A stretch of 60,638 bases of DNA. Source: a virus (taxonomy: Duplodnaviria; Caudoviricetes). The translations under genes and the position numbers were made by a program. Within the stretch, counting starts at the first letter, position 1. Every line of letters starts with the position of its first letter. The stretch covers positions 1-60,638 of IMG/VR virus record IMGVR_UViG_3300006641_000002, one strand, 5' to 3'. This document shows, piece by piece, positions 1 through 9,473 of the stretch. The notes under the pieces were generated by a model. It was not told the DNA's origin. It saw only the letters and a list, made by a program, of their open reading frames with translations, and ran no database searches.

Positions 1-120
1 TCCATCCCCCCCTCACACTCTTGTTTCGCCGCCTGGATGATGCATCGTGTTCTCTAAATCAATCTCCGCAACACCAACATGATTTGACCGCCATCGCCCG
101 GTGTACCGCGCATCGACGAC
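1..120. repeat. Terminal direct repeat (copy 1); circular assembly overlap
   Basis: Bases 1-120 are identical to 60519-60638. Minus-strand genes run on across the junction (stop at 13 followed by ATG at 60523). Confidence 0.95.
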
Positions 121-696
121 GAATGGTGACGCCAGAACGAAGCGCGCAAAAAAGATCGGCTGCTCAACGCGCTCCACACGTTCTTCCAAGTCACGAAGAT
201 GCACGTTCATGTCCAGCGTGGATTGTGCGTTGGGATCCATCTCGATACTGCTGACGACGTAGAGCCTTTCGCGGTTTCCCAATTCAAAAACCACCATGCC
301 GACTTGAACGAATGGCGGCGGCCTTCCTGCCGAGATGACGCCATTATGGTGCAACAAATCTTTGAGAACTGAACCCTCCAGCGATGTGCACCGCTGGCAC
401 TGGTCTGCCGATGCAACCTGATCGAACATCCATCGGCCACAACGCTCGCAACGTTGCCCAAACCATTTGCCGAACTCGACAAAGCAAACGTCATCGATGG
501 CGTGCGCGTTTCCCTCGGCCTGCGTGGGTTCACGAAGCTCGCCAATCTTGGCGCGCGCTTCCGCGATGTCTGCCCTCTCGTGTTGCCTCCGAAGGCATGC
601 GATCGCATCACGCTTGTGCACCTTACACCAAGGCTCAAGGTATCCGTTCGCCCTGTCGCTATCGGCAAACAGGCAAGTCATAGACTCGTCAGTCAT
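13..696 (-). CDS. Hypothetical protein with CxxC pairs (possible Zn finger)
   Basis: 227-aa ORF coupled to the upstream ORF by an ATGA overlap; CERC and CQRC motifs. Confidence 0.6.
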   Translation of the reverse strand: MTDESMTCLFADSDRANGYLEPWCKVHKRDAIACLRRQHERADIAEARAKIGELREPTQAEGNAHAIDDVCFVEFGKWFGQRCERCGRWMFDQVASADQCQRCTSLEGSVLKDLLHHNGVISAGRPPPFVQVGMVVFELGNRERLYVVSSIEMDPNAQSTLDMNVHLRDLEERVERVEQPIFFARFVLASPFVVDARYTGRWRSNHVGVAEIDLENTMHHPGGETRV

Positions 697-881
697 AATC
701 CCCCCTCGATCGCCGTATGCCGTCCACGAACGCGAAGCGCGTCAACGTAGGCCTGTTTTACCGCTTCATGTTCCGACAGGCCCGCATCAAACATCATGAT
801 GGCCACGCGCTCCTCAAACCGGTGACGCCAATCATCGTTCCACTTCTCGACGATTCGCAAAATCGCATTCACGTCACTCAT
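693..881 (-). CDS. Small conserved phage hypothetical protein (FEERxAIMxFDxGLS motif)
   Basis: 62 aa, overlapping both neighbours; this motif recurs in phage replication regions. Confidence 0.65.
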   Translation of the reverse strand: MSDVNAILRIVEKWNDDWRHRFEERVAIMMFDAGLSEHEAVKQAYVDALRVRGRHTAIEGGL

Positions 882-1147
882 ACCGCCGATTCGTTATCGG
901 CACCGTCGTCCAATAAAGTCAGCACCTCGCGCGCGTGGTCGCTCAGTAGCGTCGCATCAAAACGCATCTCGCGAATGCGACAGAGAATTTCATACGCCGA
1001 CCCGCTTACGGTCGCGCGCTCCGCCCAGAATTTCTCCGCCGCATCGAGTGACGTTTCAACGTGCACGAACGACTGAAGAACCAGCCTTCGTAGGCTATTC
1101 ACGTATTCCAAATCCCGACGACTCAATTCCATGTTTGCGCTCTTCAA
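878..1147 (-). CDS. Hypothetical protein
   Basis: 89-aa ORF overlapping the dnaB stop and the next start. Confidence 0.55.
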   Translation of the reverse strand: MKSANMELSRRDLEYVNSLRRLVLQSFVHVETSLDAAEKFWAERATVSGSAYEILCRIREMRFDATLLSDHAREVLTLLDDGADNESAV

Positions 1148-2622
1148 TCAAATTCGTACCAATGCCGCGGCTGCGACGGTTGCTCACGCTTTAGCGCAAC
1201 GTTGGCCTCGTGCAACACGCTATCGGGTGCAACTTCGTCGCGTTCTGATGGCTCAAGACCGCGCCACGCCATGTGATTCGCCACGAACATCAACCGCACG
1301 GTGCCCGTCGGCCCGCCTCGGTTTTTTGCGACGATGATTTCGTGCTCCTTTGCCTCCGATTTTTCGCCGTCTTCCTTGTCGACGCGATGAATGAACATCA
1401 CCACGTTCGCATCCTGCTCAATGGCGCCTGACTCGCGAAGGTCGCTAAGGCGTGGCCGTGCGGCTTTGCCCACGCGCTCCTCCACCGAACGATTAAGCTG
1501 CGCCAAGGCAAGCACCGCGCAATCAAGCTCTTTTGTGAACTTCTTGAGTCCACGCGACAGCCTTGCCACCTCGTTCTCACGCGTCTCGCTTTTGCGCCGG
1601 TCGGGCGAGTCGATAAGTTGCAGGTAGTCGACCACGACGAGGGCCAGTTCGCCGCCGCTCCGCTCAATGTCCGCGCGTATCTTCCGCGCCGCCGCTCGCA
1701 TTCCGTAAAGCGACACGTTCGGATCGTCGCACACGTGCATGGTAACGGGCATCATCTCATTGACGGCGTCCGTCAAACTGCCGACGTCATCGCCACGTAG
1801 GCGAACCTTTTGCACGCGCATGTGGTCAACGTTGCCAATGGTGCTCATCGCACGCGTAGCAAGCTCCTCGCTGGTCATCTCGAGCGAAAAGAAAATGACG
1901 TGCTTTGGCTTGCTGGACGCCTCGCGCCTTCTCGCCACGTGCATGGCAAAGTTGAGTGCAAGCGCCGTCTTGCCAACGCCAGGGCGCGCGGCAAGCACGT
2001 AAAATCGCCCCCGCTGAAAGCCCACGATGTACTCGTCGAGGTCAGCGAATCCCGTTGGCTCAACATCGCTGCTTTCTCCGTTTTGTTGGCGCAAAATCAT
2101 CGACTGCAAAGCCCGCTTCGCCACGTCACCAATGCGTTCGCACGTTCGCTCTTTTGCGTTCGTCTGCTGGCAATCGAAAATCGTTTGCGCCGACCTATCG
2201 AGGTAGCTTGCAACATCTTCGGCGCCTCCCTCGAGAGCGTATCCCTCGGCGGCGATGCGATGCCCCGCCGTGATGGCCGTGCGTAGCACCCATTTCGTAT
2301 CAACGATTTTGGCGTAGCCCTCGGCGTTGCCAAGATGTTGTGCGGCGCCAAGAATGTCGGTCAGGTACGACGACCCGCCGACTTGCGCCAGCCGCCCCGT
2401 TGTCCGTAGACGCGCAAGTGTTGTGACGATGTCGACGGGCGCCCCCTCGCGATGAAGCGAAAGCATGGCCTCGAACACGCGACGATGCGCTTCGGAGTAG
2501 AATTTCTCGGGCGCTAAGAGCGACCCAAACGCGTCGATTTGCTGGCCTGTTCCCTCGATTAGAATCGCCGAAAGCACGGCGGCCTCCGCGTCGAGGTCAT
2601 GCGGTGGAATAGCGTCAACCAT
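1144..2622 (-). CDS. dnaB: Replicative DNA helicase DnaB
   Basis: N-terminal IPPHDLDAEAAVL, Walker A ARPGVGKT, FFSLEM, VVDYLQL, LAQLNR, SDLRESGAIEQDA, IVAKNRGG. Confidence 0.96.
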   Translation of the reverse strand: MVDAIPPHDLDAEAAVLSAILIEGTGQQIDAFGSLLAPEKFYSEAHRRVFEAMLSLHREGAPVDIVTTLARLRTTGRLAQVGGSSYLTDILGAAQHLGNAEGYAKIVDTKWVLRTAITAGHRIAAEGYALEGGAEDVASYLDRSAQTIFDCQQTNAKERTCERIGDVAKRALQSMILRQQNGESSDVEPTGFADLDEYIVGFQRGRFYVLAARPGVGKTALALNFAMHVARRREASSKPKHVIFFSLEMTSEELATRAMSTIGNVDHMRVQKVRLRGDDVGSLTDAVNEMMPVTMHVCDDPNVSLYGMRAAARKIRADIERSGGELALVVVDYLQLIDSPDRRKSETRENEVARLSRGLKKFTKELDCAVLALAQLNRSVEERVGKAARPRLSDLRESGAIEQDANVVMFIHRVDKEDGEKSEAKEHEIIVAKNRGGPTGTVRLMFVANHMAWRGLEPSERDEVAPDSVLHEANVALKREQPSQPRHWYEFD

Positions 2623-4177
2623 GAGAAGCCTCCGCCGTCACCTCAGGCGACGAGGACGCCGCCACCCGATGCACGCCGCTGCCATGACGTTCCGTGTACG
2701 CCGCCTCCGCCCGCGCCAATCGGTCGCGCGCTACCTCGATGGTGATGCCTTGAAAGAACGGACTGTCGCTACCACGGGACACGTGCTCGAACATCGTTTG
2801 CGCCGCCTCAAGCTCTTCGGTCAGCGGGTCGAAACGTGGCGTTTTTGCCGCCTCCGCCCGCGCCTTTTTCGCCTTGGCTTCCGCGATAATTTTTCGCACT
2901 CCGCCGTCATTGGCCCACTTCAAAAAACCTCGCGGGTCGTAGCCGTGGCGAAAGCGCGTAGCGTTTTCTTCATCCGCCCGAACCTGGCGAGCAAACGCCT
3001 CCGCCGCACCCCTAAGCCACTCGACGCGACCCCCCAAACCGCCACGAGGCCCATGCTCGTCGAGGGCGTCATCGAGAACCGCCACCTGCTCGCGCGGCAC
3101 CACGTAACGGCCACCAGTGACCGCCACGATGGCCTCCTGGTACGCCGCCGCCACGAACGATGCCTCGAACCGCCGTACCGCCTTCGGTCGCTCATGGCGA
3201 CATAGCGATTGCGGGGCCGGCAAGGGGGTTTCCGGCGCCCCATTCTCTTGAGACGAGGCGTTGCCCCAACCGGAAGGCGTCCCGATGTTCTTGCCCCCGT
3301 CTCGTGTCACGGCGAGGCCTGTCACGTTGTTGGCCTCCGGCAACGTTGCCGCTTCACCAGATTGGTCAGCTAGGTCGTGCGTGTGTTGCGCGTCTGCGAC
3401 GACTGCCGGCGTAGCCTCGACCGGCGAACCCTCGATGGTCCCGGATGCCCCCAGGGGGGCAAGGGGGGTTTTCTCTCTCTTCTCTTTCTTCTCTTTCTTC
3501 TCTTTCTTAACGTCACTCGGCGTCACGCGTGACGTCACGCTTTCAATTCTCCGCGAAACACTTGTTTTCTCGTGACTTGATGAATCCGCGACATGGTCCC
3601 CGTCGCATGTCGCGACATGGTCGACATGCATGTCGCGACACGTGTCGTTTGGCATGTCGTGCATGTCGGTGACGGCGTGACGTAACGTGTCGCATGTCGC
3701 GACCATGTCGCGTGTCGCGACCATGTCGCGTGTCGCGACCATGTCGGTCACTCGCCGGCGTTCTCGATACCGTCGGCATCGGTCGGCGTTGCCGCTTCGG
3801 TCACCCGTGACCGGCGTTGTGACGTCACGATCTTCTTTCTGTCGCTCCCGGTATCGGCGTTGACGGTCTGCATGGTTGGACGGCGTTGCCTGACGGTCGA
3901 CGAAGGTGATGTCACGCACCACGCGGTTGACCTCGTCGAGCTCAATGACGTGAGCTTCGATAAGCGCATCCATTCCCTTCTCGACGACGTCAATCGGCAA
4001 GCCGAGCAACGTTGCAAGCATGGGCATGGGATTAGGACCGAGACGCAACTCGCCGTCATGGTCAAACCGGACCACCATCGTCAAAAAGACAATGGCGGCG
4101 TCACGCGACAAGGCCACAAGCCATTCCACATCGCGCTTGTAAAGTTTGATCCAACCTTCTCGCTTGTAGTCGATCAC
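2615..4177 (-). CDS. Phage replication initiator (replisome organiser-like)
   Basis: Lies directly upstream of dnaB. GWIKLY N-terminus, winged-helix-like segment, ADRQRRYRER motifs, internal DNA repeats and a KKEKKEK linker typical of lambda O-like initiators. Confidence 0.75.
   Translation of the reverse strand: MIDYKREGWIKLYKRDVEWLVALSRDAAIVFLTMVVRFDHDGELRLGPNPMPMLATLLGLPIDVVEKGMDALIEAHVIELDEVNRVVRDITFVDRQATPSNHADRQRRYRERQKEDRDVTTPVTGDRSGNADRCRRYRERRRVTDMVATRDMVATRDMVATCDTLRHAVTDMHDMPNDTCRDMHVDHVATCDGDHVADSSSHEKTSVSRRIESVTSRVTPSDVKKEKKEKKEKREKTPLAPLGASGTIEGSPVEATPAVVADAQHTHDLADQSGEAATLPEANNVTGLAVTRDGGKNIGTPSGWGNASSQENGAPETPLPAPQSLCRHERPKAVRRFEASFVAAAYQEAIVAVTGGRYVVPREQVAVLDDALDEHGPRGGLGGRVEWLRGAAEAFARQVRADEENATRFRHGYDPRGFLKWANDGGVRKIIAEAKAKKARAEAAKTPRFDPLTEELEAAQTMFEHVSRGSDSPFFQGITIEVARDRLARAEAAYTERHGSGVHRVAASSSPEVTAEASHG
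3470..3750. repeat. Iteron-like repeats; putative origin inside the initiator gene
   Basis: 18-bp tandem TGTCGCGACCATGTCGCG at 3695, 3713 and 3731 (last partial); many CATGTCG/CGACATG copies at 3588-3670; pyrimidine tract at 3470-3508. Confidence 0.65.
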
Positions 4178-4521
4178 AGTGATTCCCCTGTTGCTCGCTT
4201 GTGTTGAAGAGCATCCCGCTCGTCGATGTGCTCAATCCACTTCACGGCTACCGCCGCCACCTGCACCAGCTCCGCTCGCAACGCCGTAACGTCGCTTTCG
4301 GCGAGTGCTTCGAGAACTTCCTCCATGAGGACGTCGGCCCACGTCACAACGCCTGCCTCTGTTCGTTCGTCGCAACGTTGCCGTGCGATGCTGGCGTAGA
4401 GTTGCGCGGTCGCATCCCCAGTGCCGTCAGGCAGGTCACGATTGCCGTGCTTGGCGTTTTGTCGTCTTCGCTCGCGCACGATTGCCGCGCACGCAATAAG
4501 CGTCCTCGTCGTGTAAAGCAT
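4174..4521 (-). CDS. MazG-like nucleotide pyrophosphohydrolase
   Basis: WADVLMEEVLEA...LRAELVQVAAVAVKWIE has the EExxE...ExxQ helical pattern. Confidence 0.65.
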   Translation of the reverse strand: MLYTTRTLIACAAIVRERRRQNAKHGNRDLPDGTGDATAQLYASIARQRCDERTEAGVVTWADVLMEEVLEALAESDVTALRAELVQVAAVAVKWIEHIDERDALQHKRATGESL

Positions 4522-4617
4522 GGACCACCCGCACCCGAAAAAAAGGTCTCGCGCCCCGTTGCTGGTTAGCGTAGTCTCGTCTTGTTCATTGCATTCCCCC
4601 CCCCGCGTGAACCTGAG

Positions 4618-4648
4618 ACCGGGGCGCTCACCGCGCTCCGGTTTTTTT
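4618..4648 (+). terminator. Intrinsic terminator-like hairpin
   Basis: ACCGGGGCGC-TCACC-GCGCTCCGGT followed by a T run on the plus strand. Confidence 0.6.
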
Positions 4649-4653
4649 ATTCG

Positions 4654-5190
4654 TCACGCAACGGCAAGACCGTTCACCGCGGAAGGCGCAACGGTGTTGG
4701 CGCTCTGTGGTTTGCGTCGCACGACACGGGTAAGGTGTTGCGGCTCCGACTTGGTTGGCGCCGCGGTATAACGAGCCCCGCGGGTAGTGCCCTCGACGGC
4801 GATCAATCCCTGCTCACGCAACCGGCGCGCAACGACTCGAAAGCGCGGAGTGGAGAGCCCTGTTTTCGTCCGTAGCTCTTCAGCCGTAAGACCGTTGGAG
4901 GATTCGCGTACCGCGTCCAGAAAAGTCATGGTTGCCGAGTCAATGTCCGTCTTCGAGGGCTTCGTTGGCCGTGGTCGTCGAGCTTTGGCGGGTCGCCCGC
5001 GCTTAGCTTTTGGCTCGTCAGCCTTCGCTGTCACGACCTCGTTTTGTGCGCGCTTCGACAGTACGCGCTTCACCGTTTGGCGAAGTGCTTGCCTTGTCGG
5101 TGGCTGCACGGTGTTCGTTGTTGCCTCTGCCTCCGATTTGATGAGATCGGCAAGAACACTCAGGAAGAGTTCGATGTTGCGTAACTTCAT
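4654..5190 (-). CDS. Basic winged-helix DNA-binding protein
   Basis: K/R-rich linker with KRGRP, followed by GLTAEELRTKTGLS...LREQGLIAVEGTTRGARY wHTH pattern. Confidence 0.65.
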   Translation of the reverse strand: MKLRNIELFLSVLADLIKSEAEATTNTVQPPTRQALRQTVKRVLSKRAQNEVVTAKADEPKAKRGRPAKARRPRPTKPSKTDIDSATMTFLDAVRESSNGLTAEELRTKTGLSTPRFRVVARRLREQGLIAVEGTTRGARYTAAPTKSEPQHLTRVVRRKPQSANTVAPSAVNGLAVA

Positions 5191-5475
5191 AAATGCATAC
5201 TCCGATGGTAGTGATCACGATGCGTCACAACCGCGCACGGTGCCTGATGGGCGTTAGGCACCGCGCGCTACGCCTCAAAAGAGGGAGGCCTGCGTCGGCG
5301 GCTGACAGTGTGGCGAAAACCAAATGCGCTCACGGTAGCAATTGGCTTTCCCGCGCGTCTTGCCTTTGCCGATGTGTGAGTAGCCGCCGCTGGCTTTCCA
5401 TTCGACGACGTGCCAATCGTTGGGCAACCTGCGACTTGCCACCAAACCACGGGAACGGCGCTTTTAAGGTCGCGG

Positions 5476-5703
5476 TCATGACGGCTCCCTACGGAGCACC
5501 TTCGCCCGTGGCGTCTCGGCGTGCGTGTCCTCTCCGACCGAGATGCCCATTCGTTGCTCAAGCTCCATGAGCGTGTGCATTCGATCGGCAATATCGCGAT
5601 GCAACTTTTCCGCTCGCAACGCGAACAAGACGGCCTCACGCACGACGTTCCGCCGCTCGTCGGTCAGAACGCGCCACGCGTCTAAAAGGTCTTGCTCATT
5701 CAT
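5476..5703 (-). CDS. Hypothetical protein
   Basis: 75 aa, ATGA overlap with the integrase stop, AAGGAAGG RBS. Confidence 0.6.
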   Translation of the reverse strand: MNEQDLLDAWRVLTDERRNVVREAVLFALRAEKLHRDIADRMHTLMELEQRMGISVGEDTHAETPRAKVLRREPS

Positions 5704-7403
5704 GGCGCCACCTTCCTTTCGAGGAGATGCGCATGCGGCTCCAAAGCGGCGCCGACCATGTTGGCCAACCTAAGCGCCTCGCGAGTCATCACGATTTGAC
5801 TCGCTGACTTCACCCGCTCCGCCTGTGACTTCAGCGCCTCATCACTCGTCAGCGTGGCGAACACAATCGCCAGCGTCGCAAGCACTTCGGCGGCGATGCG
5901 AACTTGCGTTTCGTCGTCGCAACCACCCAACACAAAAATAGCGGCTTCCCTAATTGCGTTCAGCGCAGTAAGCCAGTGGGGAAAATATGGGGACGACGAC
6001 ACCCCCGAAATTGCACTTAACTGTTTGAAATCATTATGGGTCCCTAGGCCTTCGTAAACCGCAGGTCTGGGGTTCAAATCCCCAAGGCGGCTCAATGATT
6101 TCAAGCACTTAGGAGAGTCCAGCGAAGCGCTTGGGGACGGTTTTGGGGAAAGGTCGATCATATTTCTCGGGTTTTTTAGGTTGTCGATTTGTTCGTCATT
6201 TTTCAAATCCGCCATCTCCTGAGCTGCCAGGGTGAGCATCTCCTCATCCCCATGGAGATACCGTTCGGTTGTTTGAGGGTCGGCGTGACCAAGCATCAGC
6301 TGCACCTCCTTCACACTCCAACGGCGACCCCACCACCCACGCAGGAGCGACGTCGCGCAAGTGTGACGGAGGTCGTGCACGCGCACGTTCTTCCCGAGCC
6401 TTGCCCTCGTCTTAGCCGCGCGCCAGCACTCCGACTTGATGAGGTGGATAGGGTCGCGCACGCCTCCCTTCTGGCGTTGGAACACAAGCCGATGTTCGTT
6501 TCGGAGACCTTCCGCGTCGAACCATTCTTGCGCTTCGGTGTGCCACGCGTGCAGAGCCTCGATGGCTTCGGCGAACAGGGGGATGCGCCTCGGCGTTCCG
6601 CCCTTCGTAGGGGGCCAAACGTATTGACCACGTTGGTCCATCGATGGAGGTCCGCCGTACCGTATCCACGCGTGAGGTTCGTCGCCCGTCGTCACCACGT
6701 CACGCCAGTGAAGGCTCGCGGCCTCGCCGGCACGAAGGCCCGTGTAAGCGATGAAGCGGAACATGTGCTTTTCGGGACCGTCGACGGCGTTGCAAAACGC
6801 TTCGAGCTCGTGGGGCCTCATAGCCCATCCTACGAGGTGCGTTTTCTTGCGACGCTTCCAGGTCAGCTTTTGAGTGGGGAGCAAATCGCCCGATGTGATG
6901 CCCTTTTCGCGCGCGTAACGGAAGATCGTCGAGAGCAAGTTGACGATGTTGCGAACCGTTTGATCGGCAAGCGTCTTGTCCAGGGTGACACTATCCCGCA
7001 CCCACGCGTTGCCCTTTTTCTTTGTTTGTACGCGCGTAACCTTCTTTTCAAAAAGGCGCGCTTTGAACGCCGAAACCTCCGGCGGTCCAACGAGGCGCAC
7101 GTCCATCTTGCCGATGATGTCAGCTTCGATGTGTTGAAACACGCTTCGGCGTTGCCTGCCGGCGTTCTCCTCATCCAGCATCTGCTGACCAATTTCGATG
7201 ATGCTTTTTCCAGCCGTCGCAAGGCGGCGGGTTGGGCGAGCGGCGGCTTTTTTGTTGTCGCGGCACAAGTCGGCGGCGGCTCGCGCCTCTTCTTCGGTGT
7301 CGTAGGTGCCGATAGTCTTCTTCAGAACGCGACCATCTTCCGTAACCTTGCCACGCACGCGCCACTTGTGGCCGTGCGCTTCGACGTAAATCCCCCGCAT
7401 CAT
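5700..7403 (-). CDS. int: Tyrosine integrase with attP inside its 3' coding region
   Basis: TGLRAGE (R), PTKGG (K), HDLRHT (HxxR), LGHAD (H), TERY (Y). Start taken at ATG 7403 with a GAGG RBS; the ORF extends to 7436. Confidence 0.93.
   Translation of the reverse strand: MMRGIYVEAHGHKWRVRGKVTEDGRVLKKTIGTYDTEEEARAAADLCRDNKKAAARPTRRLATAGKSIIEIGQQMLDEENAGRQRRSVFQHIEADIIGKMDVRLVGPPEVSAFKARLFEKKVTRVQTKKKGNAWVRDSVTLDKTLADQTVRNIVNLLSTIFRYAREKGITSGDLLPTQKLTWKRRKKTHLVGWAMRPHELEAFCNAVDGPEKHMFRFIAYTGLRAGEAASLHWRDVVTTGDEPHAWIRYGGPPSMDQRGQYVWPPTKGGTPRRIPLFAEAIEALHAWHTEAQEWFDAEGLRNEHRLVFQRQKGGVRDPIHLIKSECWRAAKTRARLGKNVRVHDLRHTCATSLLRGWWGRRWSVKEVQLMLGHADPQTTERYLHGDEEMLTLAAQEMADLKNDEQIDNLKNPRNMIDLSPKPSPSASLDSPKCLKSLSRLGDLNPRPAVYEGLGTHNDFKQLSAISGVSSSPYFPHWLTALNAIREAAIFVLGGCDDETQVRIAAEVLATLAIVFATLTSDEALKSQAERVKSASQIVMTREALRLANMVGAALEPHAHLLERKVAP
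6051..6093 (+). other. attP core: 3' half of tRNA-Thr(CGT)
   Basis: TTCGTAA anticodon loop, ACCGC, AGGTC, T-arm TGGGG-TTCAAAT-CCCCA and acceptor strand AGGCGGC-TC. No 5' tRNA half is present. Confidence 0.88.
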
Positions 7404-7422
7404 GGTTGTCCTCTTCTTGGTC

Positions 7423-7776
7423 TCACAACATCCCAAGGTCTTCCATCTTCTTGCGTAGCTTGTCGCGGTCGACAGTTGACGACACTTTGCTGTCAGCGTT
7501 GGTTCGACGCTTCTCCGCTCGAATGGCCATCGCCTGACGATAAAGAGCCGGGTTTTCTCGCTTCAATATGGCGCGCGCTCGAGCTTGAGTCACCTCATCA
7601 ATCACGAGTCGACCTTGCGCGTTGTCGTTTGTTGGCTTGGTTTCAAGCGCGGCCAGTAAACGGCGGGCGCAAATTTGCGATACTTGCGAAACGAAATCCG
7701 TTTTCGCCCGGTCCATGGCGGTCTCGACGCAACGGAACCACAGGGCTTGTAGCTCGTCAGGTAATCCGTCCATCAT
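7423..7776 (-). CDS. Hypothetical protein (excisionase position)
   Basis: Internal ATG at 7776 overlaps the stop of the upstream ORF, with a GGAGG RBS; lies directly upstream of int. Confidence 0.55.
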   Translation of the reverse strand: MMDGLPDELQALWFRCVETAMDRAKTDFVSQVSQICARRLLAALETKPTNDNAQGRLVIDEVTQARARAILKRENPALYRQAMAIRAEKRRTNADSKVSSTVDRDKLRKKMEDLGML

Positions 7777-8153
7777 TGTTCGGACCTCCACCATCGCGTG
7801 AACGCATGCCGGATGCGCGATGGTTTCCACGCGGCGGCGATTCGTTGTTCGTACCGTTCGGCGTCGATGATTCGCAATCGGCCAAGATCGTAAGCGTCGA
7901 ACGTGTTCCAGCGTCGAAGCGTCGCGATGATGTCGCCGTCGCCAGCGAACGATTCCAGCGGCACCCATGCGGTTTGCCGATAGGCGCCCCACACGCCGGC
8001 GGTGACAACCGTGCAGAAACTTGGGTAGCACTCGCCGTGCAACACAACAACGCCCTGCGCGGCACGCTTGCCAAAAGCGTAGTCCCCAACGCTCCACGCG
8101 ACGCGCGCGGTGTTGGGCGACGTGATGTCCTGATCGCAACCATCGCAGTTCAT
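7773..8153 (-). CDS. Hypothetical protein with N-terminal CxxC and HxxC
   Basis: 126 aa, coupled overlaps, GAGG RBS. Confidence 0.6.
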   Translation of the reverse strand: MNCDGCDQDITSPNTARVAWSVGDYAFGKRAAQGVVVLHGECYPSFCTVVTAGVWGAYRQTAWVPLESFAGDGDIIATLRRWNTFDAYDLGRLRIIDAERYEQRIAAAWKPSRIRHAFTRWWRSEQ

Positions 8154-8287
8154 AGTCTCAACCTCTTTTCCATCTCGGCGCGGACGCGCTTTTTACGCCG
8201 CGCATTGACCATCCAATTTTCCAATCGCATGAGCACACCAACGACCATTTCCGCCGCCGCGCGCACAAACCATCCGTCAGCGCTCAC
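8150..8287 (-). CDS. Small hypothetical protein (45 aa, below the ORF-track cutoff)
   Basis: GTG 8287 to TGA 8150 fills the gap between the Cro-like gene and the next gene, overlapping both. Confidence 0.4.
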   Translation of the reverse strand: MSADGWFVRAAAEMVVGVLMRLENWMVNARRKKRVRAEMEKRLRL

Positions 8288-8549
8288 GCGACGGGCTCGC
8301 ATCGGTTACCCACGCATCGATCGGAATCCGGTACAGATCCCGCAAAATGACTGCAAAGTGCACGCTCGGGATGGTTTGGTCGCAAGCCCATCGCCAAACG
8401 GTCGACCGTGCGACGTTGATTTCCTCGGCCAAATGCGTCAAGCCAAGCTCGTCCAGTTTGGCTCTCAACATACGAGCGCCAACGCTTGTAGGATCCTTAG
8501 GGTGTTGCACGCGCGCCAGGGTGTTGCGCACCAGCAAATAAGTCAACAT
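8277..8549 (-). CDS. Cro-like XRE HTH regulator
   Basis: LTHLAEEINVARSTVWRWACDQTIP HTH pattern; divergent from the CI-like gene. The true start may be ATG 8471. Confidence 0.75.
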   Translation of the reverse strand: MLTYLLVRNTLARVQHPKDPTSVGARMLRAKLDELGLTHLAEEINVARSTVWRWACDQTIPSVHFAVILRDLYRIPIDAWVTDASPSRER

Positions 8550-8572
8550 GCAATTTTCTTAGGAAGGCCACA

Positions 8573-9082
8573 ATGGGGGAAAAGGCCGTGAAAACCATCA
8601 ACGAACGAGCCGCGTGGGCGTTGCGCTCCTGCGATCTGTCGGCTCGCGAGATAGCTAGGCGCATCGGAACCGACGCATCATGGGTGTCGCGCCTCACTGC
8701 GGGAGAGACCGGTGCCCCTGACCCTGTTTTTCTAGCGCGGTTTGCCAAGGAAACCGGCGTGAGCTTGATGTGGGTGATTCTTGGCGAAGGTTTGCCGAAG
8801 GCCACCGAGTCCGCGGAAATGGGACCGTTTGACGTAGGCGCCGCCGCCGCCATGCTTGACGGCGCAACGGTGGAGGACGTGGACAACGCTCGTGCCAATA
8901 TGGGCAACAAGGTTGGAATCACCTGGCAACAAGCACGCGACGAAGTGACCTATCACCGCATCGCGCGTGAGCATGGCGTTACCGATGTGCCGTTTGACGA
9001 ATCGGTCATCGATGCGGTTAAAACTTTGACCTCGCACCTACAACGCGCTGGCCTTGCCGACCCAAAGAAACGCCGCCGCTAG
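8573..9082 (+). CDS. CI-like XRE HTH repressor
   Basis: LSAREIARRIGTDASWVSRLTAGE...GVSLMWVILGEG pattern; no recognisable S24 peptidase domain. Confidence 0.8.
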   Translation: MGEKAVKTINERAAWALRSCDLSAREIARRIGTDASWVSRLTAGETGAPDPVFLARFAKETGVSLMWVILGEGLPKATESAEMGPFDVGAAAAMLDGATVEDVDNARANMGNKVGITWQQARDEVTYHRIAREHGVTDVPFDESVIDAVKTLTSHLQRAGLADPKKRRR

Positions 9083-9473
9083 TCTGTTGGCGACTGATTG
9101 CGCGCGTGCCTCCACGCAACCATGACAAGCTCGCGCAACGCGCGAACACGAATGTCCTCTGTTTTGACGTGCACGATTTCCGTCATAAACCGCGCACAGG
9201 CGCGCGCTATCACGGCCCAGTCGTTGGAAGAAACACCGTCTCGTGCGCGGATTTTCGACGTCGATTTCCACATTCAATTTTCCCCCGTCGTTGTTAGGCG
9301 GTTGCATTTATCCATCGTCACCAGTGACGATTGTCTCAGTTTTTCCGCTGTTTATGCGCACTTTCGCTCTTGCGTGTTGACTACGTTGTTGATTCGCAAC
9401 AGATTGCGATTCGTCTGACGTACATACATCGGCCATTTGAGGCGATGGTTGCGAGGATGATGGGAGCAGCGCG

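Noticed and set aside
6030-6100. Intact tRNA gene
   Set aside because: Only the anticodon loop to the 3' end is present, with no D-arm or 5' acceptor strand. Interpreted as attP.
6189-8591. 800-aa plus-strand ORF and other long antisense ORFs (46345-47763, 43465-44559, 42526-43341, 51511-52524)
   Set aside because: They shadow well-supported genes on the opposite strand, which is common in GC-rich DNA, and have no motifs.
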